7,387 bases of DNA, taken from Zygophlyctis sp. KS116. Lineage: Eukaryota > Fungi > Chytridiomycota. Below the pieces are notes generated by a model. The model was given only the letters and a program-made list of their open reading frames with translations, had not been told where the DNA came from and ran no database searches. This document shows, piece after piece, positions 1-6,182 of the stretch (position 1 is the first letter of the stretch; each line of letters opens with the position of its first letter). The DNA lies in the NCBI GenBank assembly GCA_054661495.1, contig BAAFSQ010000407.1, positions 1 to 7,387 of the forward strand. Reading direction: 5' to 3'. Both the position numbers and the translations under genes were made by a program.

Positions 1-41
1 TGATAGGCTTGAATGCATGCATTGGATTCTGATATCCATTG
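1..41. repeat. Direct repeat, copy A (38/41 identical to 756-796); probably the 5' part of a tandem paralog of the zinc-finger gene running off the left edge
   Basis: tgataggcttgaatgcatgcattggattctgatatccattg vs tgataggcttggatgcatgcattggatcttgatatccattg. The minus-strand translations are NGYQNPMHAFKPI and NGYQDPMHASKPI. Confidence 0.85.
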
Positions 42-113
42 GTATTGGCAGCATAAAAATATTTTTCAGAGAAGGGATACAACCAAGAGTTAGAATTGGG
101 TCAATTAAAAGTT

Positions 114-129
114 TTCCATGACTCATTTT
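114..129. promoter_or_regulatory. 16-nt element containing the Gcn4/AP-1-type site ATGACTCAT (118-126)
   Basis: ttccatgactcatttt is identical to 983-998. ATGACTCAT is the established Gcn4/AP-1 bZIP consensus. Confidence 0.5.
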
Positions 130-298
130 GATGGCGCATATTTTTCTAATTAAGCCTCATCCTGAATTAGAAAAGGGGTATGGAGGAACAGCGATCCAGT
201 TGCTGGGTTCTCAAATATTCTTTCCAAAAATAATGATTAACAACAAAAAACATTTTTCTAGGGTGGAGAATTATTATCTAAAAAAATCTATTAATGCA

Positions 299-903
299 TC
301 AAAATGGAACGACTTTGCTACTGCTGTGCATTACTGAGATGTGCCTCCTGAGATTAGATCTTACAGAAAATTTATGTGAACATTCCATGTAAGGGCAGCT
401 ATAAGGCCTTTCCCCAGTATGTGAATACATGTGAGTCTTTAGTGCGCAAGGCCTAGAGAATGATTTTGAACATAACTGACACTATTGATTAATGCATTAA
501 TAAATTATACCTTGTGATTCCTTTTGGAATGCGAATTGATTTTCTTCAATTCTACCTCCTCTGCTGCGAGGTGCTTTGGCTCAAACATTGTATTAGAGAG
601 CGAGCAAAGGAGTTCTTCTGGAATGTAAGGAAGTGGAATATTTCCCAAAGGATTGATTGATGCATCAAGCGTTAATGCATCATCACCATTCCAACCAAAA
701 GAATCTAATTCTACCAATGCATCATCAGGTTGATTATTTCTGATCATGCTATTACTGATAGGCTTGGATGCATGCATTGGATCTTGATATCCATTGTATG
801 TAGAATTAAAGAATGGTTCTATTATAAAGCATTGAGCTGCATTTGCTAATTCTGCTTTATCTGTTTGTCCTGTCTGGATCATATTTTTTCTGTAAAAATC
901 CAT
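299..903 (-). CDS. C2H2 zinc-finger transcription factor, FlbC-like (two fingers), 191 aa; complement(join(299..481,511..903))
   Basis: The 132-aa ORF ends at AAG|GTATAA. Removing a 29-nt GT..AG intron (482-510) gives ...KRNHK-CQLCSKSFSRPCALKTHMYSHTGERPYSCPYMECSHKFSVRSNLRRHISVMH-SSSKVVPF*. This has two C2H2 fingers and a TGERPY linker, and the THMYSHTGE and FSVxSNLRRH motifs resemble the fungal FlbC family. Confidence 0.88.
482..510 (-). other. Intron, zinc-finger gene (29 nt)
   Basis: GTATAATTTATTAATGCATTAATCAATAG; removal restores HK-CxxC. Confidence 0.88.
756..796. repeat. Direct repeat, copy B, inside zinc-finger gene exon 1
   Basis: 38/41 identity to positions 1-41. Confidence 0.85.
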
Positions 904-982
904 TGATCAGTCCGAAAAATAGACTGGGCCGATTTACCCGAAATCAGTCAAATTTTAGCCGTTTACCAGTAGAATTTACCAA

Positions 983-1041
983 TTCCATGACTCATTTTCA
1001 TGACTCAGATTTCATGGAAACCGGTTAATAATGACTAAGCA
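983..1041. promoter_or_regulatory. Cluster of bZIP (Gcn4/AP-1/Yap-type) sites upstream of the zinc-finger gene
   Basis: ATGACTCAT 987-995, ATGACTCAG 1000-1008 and ATGACTAAGCA 1031-1041, about 85-140 nt upstream of the ATG at 903. Confidence 0.55.
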
Positions 1042-1068
1042 ATCTTCTCAGACTTAATCTTGATTTTA

Positions 1069-1456
1069 TTAAAATAGAATACGACTGATCGTATGCCACC
1101 ATGTATTTGGGGCCTGATCAGTTTTTTCCTTTTTAGAAACATTTGCCTTTAAAAACGACAGTTGATGTCTTTTGTACATTGGCCATGGAGGAACGATTAT
1201 CTACTTTTTAAAGAAAAAAGATTACCAAACACGTAATAACATATGCCGCAGCCAGCACATACATGGCATTAGTAATAGATTTAGTTACAACCCCCACAAT
1301 AAATGGCAGAATCTAGGATAAATAAAGACTTGTTACCACAGACAAAATATAGGAAATATAAGACAAGTATGTAACTGTCTTTTGTCCATTATAGTCCTGT
1401 ATAATTATAAAAGAGTGTCATACAATGGATGAGTTTAGCGCCGCCAAAAAAGACAT
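1069..1456 (-). CDS. SPC1: Signal peptidase complex subunit 1 (SPC12/SPCS1 family), 103 aa; complement(join(1069..1200,1226..1312,1337..1396,1424..1456))
   Basis: Spliced product MSFLAALNSSI-DYNGQKTVTYLSYISYILSV-ILPFIVGVVTKSITNAMYVLAAAYVITCL-IIVPPWPMYKRHQLSFLKANVSKKEKTDQAPNTWWHTISRILF*. It has the family hallmarks D(Y/F)xGQK, two hydrophobic TM segments and PPWPxYxRH. Three phase-0 GT..AG introns of 27, 24 and 25 nt. Not in the ORF track. Confidence 0.9.
1201..1225 (-). other. SPC1 intron 3 (25 nt, tandem AAGTAG acceptor)
   Basis: GTAATCTTTTTTCTTTAAAAAGTAG. Confidence 0.88.
1313..1336 (-). other. SPC1 intron 2 (24 nt, acceptor TAG is an in-frame stop)
   Basis: GTAACAAGTCTTTATTTATCCTAG. Confidence 0.88.
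1397..1423 (-). other. SPC1 intron 1 (27 nt, in-frame TGA)
   Basis: GTATGACACTCTTTTATAATTATACAG. Confidence 0.8.
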
Positions 1457-1584
1457 TAAGGTTTGCTGATAAATTTTAAAAGGTTTTAAAAGGTATAATA
1501 ACTAATATTAATACAAAATTATATCTATTTAAATTGTGCCAACTCGAAAAGCACAACTTAAAAAGCTTATTTTGCACTTGGAAA
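1457..1584. promoter_or_regulatory. Shared divergent promoter region SPC1/RFC3 (128 nt between ATGs)
   Basis: Head-to-head ATGs at 1456 (-) and 1585 (+), separated by a very AT-rich spacer with a TATA-like gtataata at 1493-1500. Confidence 0.55.
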
Positions 1585-2792
1585 ATGGTTGAAATTGATG
1601 ATGTGCACATGGAAAATGCTCCTGAATTCCCCTCAAAAGAAAAGGGTAAACTCAAGGCTGTATTTCATAACGGTTTGCCATGGGTAGAGAAGTATCGGCC
1701 AAATGATTTGGATGATTTAGTTTCACATCAGGAAATTATAAAAACAAGTAATTTTATATTTGCTGATGGATAGTTTCTACGTTTATCGAAAAAGATAAAT
1801 TACCACATCTCTTATTTTACGGACCTCCAGGAACTGGAAAAACATCAACGATTTTGGCGCTGGCTCGTAAATTGTATGGGAATTCGTTTAAAAATATGAT
1901 ACTAGAGGTAAATAAGCTTATAAAATTTTAGTTGAATGCCTCGGATGATAGAGGGATAGATGTTGTTAGAGATCAGATTAAAAACTTTGCATCGGCAAAG
2001 ACATTGTTTTCTTCTGGATTCAAATTAATTATTTTGGATGAGGCTGATAATATGACACAGGCAGCTCAAAATGCACTAAGAAGGGTCATTGAAAAATATA
2101 CAAAGAATGTACGGTTTTGTATAATTTGTAATTATGTTTCAAAGATCATTCCCGCGATTCAGTCGAGGTGTACTCGATTTAGATTTGCTCCATTGAGCAC
2201 AGACCAGATTAAAAATCGTCTGCAAAAGATTGTAATTGAAGAAGGGTATTTTAGAATTTTTTTAGATTTTAGAATTCAAATTACTGATGATGGAATGGAG
2301 GGGCTAATTCGCTTATCATGTGGGGATATGAGGCGGGCTCTTAATATCTTACAGGTAAAATTCCTTTAAATTAATTAAATAAGTCTACTCATGCTGCTTA
2401 TAGTATTATTACAGAGGAAACTATATATACATGCACTGGGTCTCCAATTCCTGCTGATATGGAATCTGTTGTAAATTGGTTATTTGGATTGGATTTTAGT
2501 CAGTGCTACGCTAGTATATACTATTTTACTTACTCAAAGATATTTTTCAACTTGGTGTTGAAAAGGGATATGCTCTGACGGATATTATTACAGAGTTGGC
2601 TAGTAATATATTTCAAATGGAAATTCCCAATCACGTAAGAATCTTTTTGTTGGATAATATGGCTACTATAGAGTAAGAATTATAAATCTAAACTATAGGC
2701 ATAATCTATCTATAGGATCAACAGAAAAAATTCAGTTGGGATATTTGGTTGGTGCTTTTAAACTAGCTGTTGAAATGGTACAAAAGGAATAA
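1585..2792 (+). CDS. RFC3: Replication factor C small subunit (yeast Rfc3 / human RFC5 type), 349 aa; join(1585..1747,1774..1907,1932..2245,2273..2354,2384..2513,2540..2672,2699..2792)
   Basis: LPWVEKYRP box, [18 protein letters not shown] (Walker A), [23 protein letters not shown] (Walker B), [19 protein letters not shown] arginine finger, [11 protein letters not shown] and C-terminal [15 protein letters not shown]. Six 24-29 nt introns give a continuous 1050-nt frame. Confidence 0.95.
1748..1773 (+). other. RFC3 intron 1 (26 nt)
   Basis: GTAATTTTATATTTGCTGATGGATAG. Confidence 0.9.
1908..1931 (+). other. RFC3 intron 2 (24 nt, acceptor TAG is an in-frame stop)
   Basis: GTAAATAAGCTTATAAAATTTTAG; removal restores the conserved LE-LNASD. 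Confidence 0.95.
2246..2272 (+). other. RFC3 intron 3 (27 nt, in frame, no stop)
   Basis: GTATTTTAGAATTTTTTTAGATTTTAG; splicing removes the YFRIFLDFR insertion relative to the RFC family. Confidence 0.75.
2355..2383 (+). other. RFC3 intron 4 (29 nt, AAG acceptor)
   Basis: GTAAAATTCCTTTAAATTAATTAAATAAG; removal restores LNILQ-STHAAY. Confidence 0.9.
2514..2539 (+). other. RFC3 intron 5 (26 nt, AAG acceptor)
   Basis: GTATATACTATTTTACTTACTCAAAG. Confidence 0.85.
2673..2698 (+). other. RFC3 intron 6 (26 nt)
   Basis: GTAAGAATTATAAATCTAAACTATAG; removal restores ATIE-HNLSIG. Confidence 0.9.
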
Positions 2793-2805
2793 TTTTTAAT
2801 ATTTT

Positions 2806-5800
2806 TCAATCTGATTTTCCAAACAATCTTTCTGCAAATTTAGTCTGAGTATTTGGATTAAGGGTATCATACTCCACAGTCACAACATCAGCACTGAGAC
2901 TCACCAACATGTAGGCTTGATTTCTGATACTTTCTAAAACAGTGACTTGATCTAACGAAAATGATATAACTGCGTTTCCTCCTAAAGCGACCGCATGGGA
3001 TCGGGCAATTGCATACATCTCCACTAAGAATGCATGGGTAACTCCTCCCATACCATCCCTTCCAGTTCCAGAATCGTAGCTAATGGTAGTCTCCTTTACA
3101 AAGTGTAATGATATTCGGCCTAAAAATGCCTTGATAGTTGCTTGTGGTATAAAGGAAGATGTAGTAATTTCAATCTGAGGGACGTTTCTGCTTGCTAGTG
3201 CCTGTTGATGGGAAGTGAACCCATTTCCTCTTTCATCCGAACTACGGTGCTCCGACATACAAGCCTCTAAATCATCTTCCTCAATCTGAAAAACTTCCAT
3301 GTCATCATATAAGGATGCCATTGAGACTGAGGCATCTCCTTCATAGCAATCAAGAATTGAAGGATTAGTTTGTTGTCTAAATGTAGAAAAAATAGGAAAA
3401 TCAAATCCACTGCTGGTATTTTGGAAGCCCATTGATTGGAAAAATCCTGACTGCCGTTTTGAGAGAACTTCCTCAGTATCAGGAATCGCATATTCATCCT
3501 CTTCAACCGCTTGTACTAATCCCATTGCGACTGCAGTCAAAGAAATTTGTACAAAATTATCCTTTGGAAGGTGAATATCATATTTGATACCGCTTACTAT
3601 ACATTTAGGATGAAAATATGAGATTTGTATTTGAAGGTCCTGATACATTGATTTAAATATTCCTGCAAACTGTCGATTAGGATGATGTGAAATTTCATTA
3701 ATATTACTTTGTCGAAGAATGGTAAGCATTTGTATATTATAAGACCCAGCAGCGGTTGCATCGGCTCCCCAAATAGGAGGAAACTCTGTATTGCAAAGAC
3801 TAAATCCATCTCTAAAATTAGGGTCAATAAGGAGAACCAAATCTTCATCCTGTTCATCATCAATTTGAACCACCGCACTACTTCTCAAAGTTTTCCGTAA
3901 AGCTCGCTCATTCTCATTATCCGAATCAGAAAGACTGCTGTCCGAATCCGAGTCATCAGCCACATAATTACTGATTTCTTGAGCTTTTTCAGGTTGTTCG
4001 AATAACATAGCTTCAAAGGCTTCCACTTCCTCCAGCTTTTTTTTGATTAGATTACGATTAAATTCAGACTGCATCATCATTGCCTTTTGAAGTTCAAGGA
4101 GCTGCTTATCCTCTTCATCGATTACATCCAAATTCCTGGATACCTTGAATGGGGGAGGGGGAGGAAGGCAACGAACATATACTGCTGTACCTATCAATGA
4201 TAAATCATGATTTTTAAAATACCTGTTGCAACAGCTGTCATCAGAGAATCACCAATATTGAATTTAATACTTAACGCAAATATTGCATTCATCCCAAAGA
4301 TACGCAGTTTATGAGTAAGTTGACGATGTATATCATACTGGCAGAAGGGAACAGACTCTGATACATAGATTGCTCTTGTATCGCCGATCCTGATTTTTTT
4401 TTGGCGACAAACTGTTCATAAAATAATTTGAAAAACTTACCATGGGCTTCAATCAAGCGACCTTCTCCCACAGTTTTCAATTCTTTTGGCAATTCAACTG
4501 TTGTCAGCAAGATTTCCGGTACATTATGTTTTTTACAGGATAGACACCTATATAATGCCATTGGAAACGGAGAATCCTTTCTTGGATAGCTGATATGGCA
4601 CATTTGGCATTCTTAAATTATTCGATCATTTTTTACCTGGAAAGCGTTTGTAAGATTTTCTACTTTGTTTTTTAGCTACTTCATTTTCTTTTTTAGATGA
4701 GCTCTCATTTTCAGGTAGAATTTCAGCGATTGGACTTTTTACAAGGGCTGCAATCGGCTCGCTGGTTGCAGTTTCACCATCACGATTAAGATTGATATCC
4801 AGACTAGAAAATCGAGAGCCTCGAGCAAATGAAGGCGCAGGATATATGACTGATGCTAAATCCAAGCATACAGCTGTTCCACTACAATTCAATACCGCTA
4901 ATTCCTCATTAATACTAGTGCTTTCTGTATAACCAATGATAAAAGCACAAAGCAGCGTCCTAGCATGTGCTTTAATTTCTTCCCGTAACTCTGCCCACCA
5001 TGCCTCTCTCACTGCCCTTTCATCATTATCAATCAACTTGATTGAAGTAGCCGATACAAGGCCTCCTGTTTTGATAATTGTATCTGAAGGAAAAGAATTA
5101 AGAGTGATTAACATTGGATCTGAATATTTTCTAGGAACAAAAGTGTCATCCAACGAAGAAGAAGGAGATTCTGGGACAGATTTAGCAGGTTCCATCCCTG
5201 GAGATTTTGGAAAACTTCTAGAGAGAGCTGGAGAGAGAGGAATACTATCTTTTACAAAAGAAGAAGAAGATGTAGGAGAAAAATTACCCCATCCATCTCC
5301 ATTCCCAAATCCTTCAGGATTCTGAATAGGAACCAATTTTACAGCAGTTCCTATTGCTCTTGCCGTAATTGCTCTTTTTTCAGACTCTAAATCAAAATAT
5401 TGCTTATATCCAATGACTGCATTTCCATTTAATTCCAAAACCTTTTTCCCTACTTGCCTTCTAATCTGCCCACTTAATTTAAACATGACTCTTGTCCTAG
5501 CTTCATTTGATTTTCTTGGAGTACGAAAGTTATCCGCCCAATGATATTCTGGATCATCTTCATTATCTATTGAGCTTACAAATCCTAAAACAGAGATTAT
5601 TTGATGTGTAACTGGAATAGAATTTGAAGAAAAAAACTGTACTCCAGCTGATGAATCCTTGAAAGGATTAATATCACCAAAAAATTGTAATTTAATTTGA
5701 GCATTTAGCTCTCCTCTTACACCCAACAGTGTATCATAAATCGGAAACCAACCTGAAATCTGTGCATTTGTATCCCAAGTCAGTAAAGGATTTAAATCTA

Positions 5801-6098
5801 CTAAAACAATACCAATTGAATCATGATAAGTAATTTGATCATAATCTAAAATTTTAAGTTCTAATGGTTCATTCTGTAAAACAGAGTCTTCTGAAACTTC
5901 AAATCTAAAATCTTCATTCCATACTGGATTTAAAGATCGTCTCTGAGTTTGAGTTTTATAAATTTCATAATCAGAAAACTTAATTTCTACAAATGCATCT
6001 AATTTTAGTATTTATAATATACCTGTCAGGTCTGTTGCCCGATCCATGATTGGTAAATTCCTTGCAGCAACAATCTTAATCTTGAGAATACATGGCAT
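2806..6098 (-). CDS. C2CD5: C2 domain-containing protein 5 (C2CD5/CDP138) homolog, 1060 aa; complement(join(2806..4190,4223..4411,4441..4611,4637..5998,6023..6098))
   Basis: N-terminus MPCILKIKIVAARNLPIMDRATDLTDAFVEIKF...SLNPVWNEDFRFEV...LQNEPLELKILDYD...DSIG...ISGWFPIYDTLLGVRGEL closely resembles the animal C2CD5 C2 domain. It is followed by DDPEYHWADNFRTPR, the CQMCH..CLSC motif and LGGNAV. Four phase-1 introns join three ORF-track ORFs into a 3183-nt frame. Confidence 0.93.
4191..4222 (-). other. C2CD5 intron 4 (32 nt)
   Basis: GTATTTTAAAAATCATGATTTATCATTGATAG; removal restores AVAT-GTAVY. Confidence 0.9.
4412..4440 (-). other. C2CD5 intron 3 (29 nt)
   Basis: GTAAGTTTTTCAAATTATTTTATGAACAG; removal restores IEAH-VCRQKK. 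Confidence 0.9.
4612..4636 (-). other. C2CD5 intron 2 (25 nt, AAG acceptor)
   Basis: GTAAAAAATGATCGAATAATTTAAG. Confidence 0.85.
5999..6022 (-). other. C2CD5 intron 1 (24 nt, in-frame TAA)
   Basis: GTATATTATAAATACTAAAATTAG; removal restores DLT-DAFVE. Confidence 0.93.
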
Positions 6099-6182
6099 TT
6101 TACTCGAGGTTAGCGGAATGGTTACAACGGTTGACGCAGAGAGCGTAGGCGCCAAGACAAGTATTTCAACAATTTAGAGTAG
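6099..6182. promoter_or_regulatory. Shared divergent promoter region C2CD5/LSM12 (84 nt between ATGs)
   Basis: Head-to-head ATGs at 6098 (-) and 6183 (+). The spacer is locally GC- and CpG-rich (6 CpG) and contains GGCGCCAA at 6148-6155. Confidence 0.6.

Noticed and set aside
1-126. Open minus-strand frame from ATG 126 (MSHGKLLIDPILTLGCIPSLKNIFMLPIPMDIRIQCMHSSLS...)
   Set aside because: Not the frame homologous to the zinc-finger protein. The equivalent frame in copy B stops a few codons later, and it cannot be judged without leftward sequence.
128-337. 69-aa + strand ORF
   Set aside because: No recognisable motif, AT-rich, and overlaps the zinc-finger terminal exon antisense. Probably spurious.
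843-1028. 61-aa + strand ORF with a hydrophobic N-terminus
   Set aside because: TTG start, antisense to the zinc-finger exon 1 and promoter, and no family resemblance.
1534-1584. ORF-track N-terminal extension of RFC3
   Set aside because: Starts at TTG. The first ATG at 1585 has a good context (aaaATGg) and gives a normal-length protein.
1585-2792. Frameshifted pseudogene, stop-codon reassignment or programmed frameshifting as the cause of fragmented ORFs
   Set aside because: Every break is resolved exactly by a GTA..AG intron, and TAA, TAG and TGA all serve as true terminal stops in this window.
3267-3900. ORFs 3267-3506 (-), 3597-3878 (-) and 3709-3900 (+)
   Set aside because: Alternative-frame or antisense shadows within the C2CD5 last exon.
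4936-5325. 129-aa + strand ORF
   Set aside because: Antisense mirror of the Ser/Pro-rich C2CD5 linker, with no independent coding signal.
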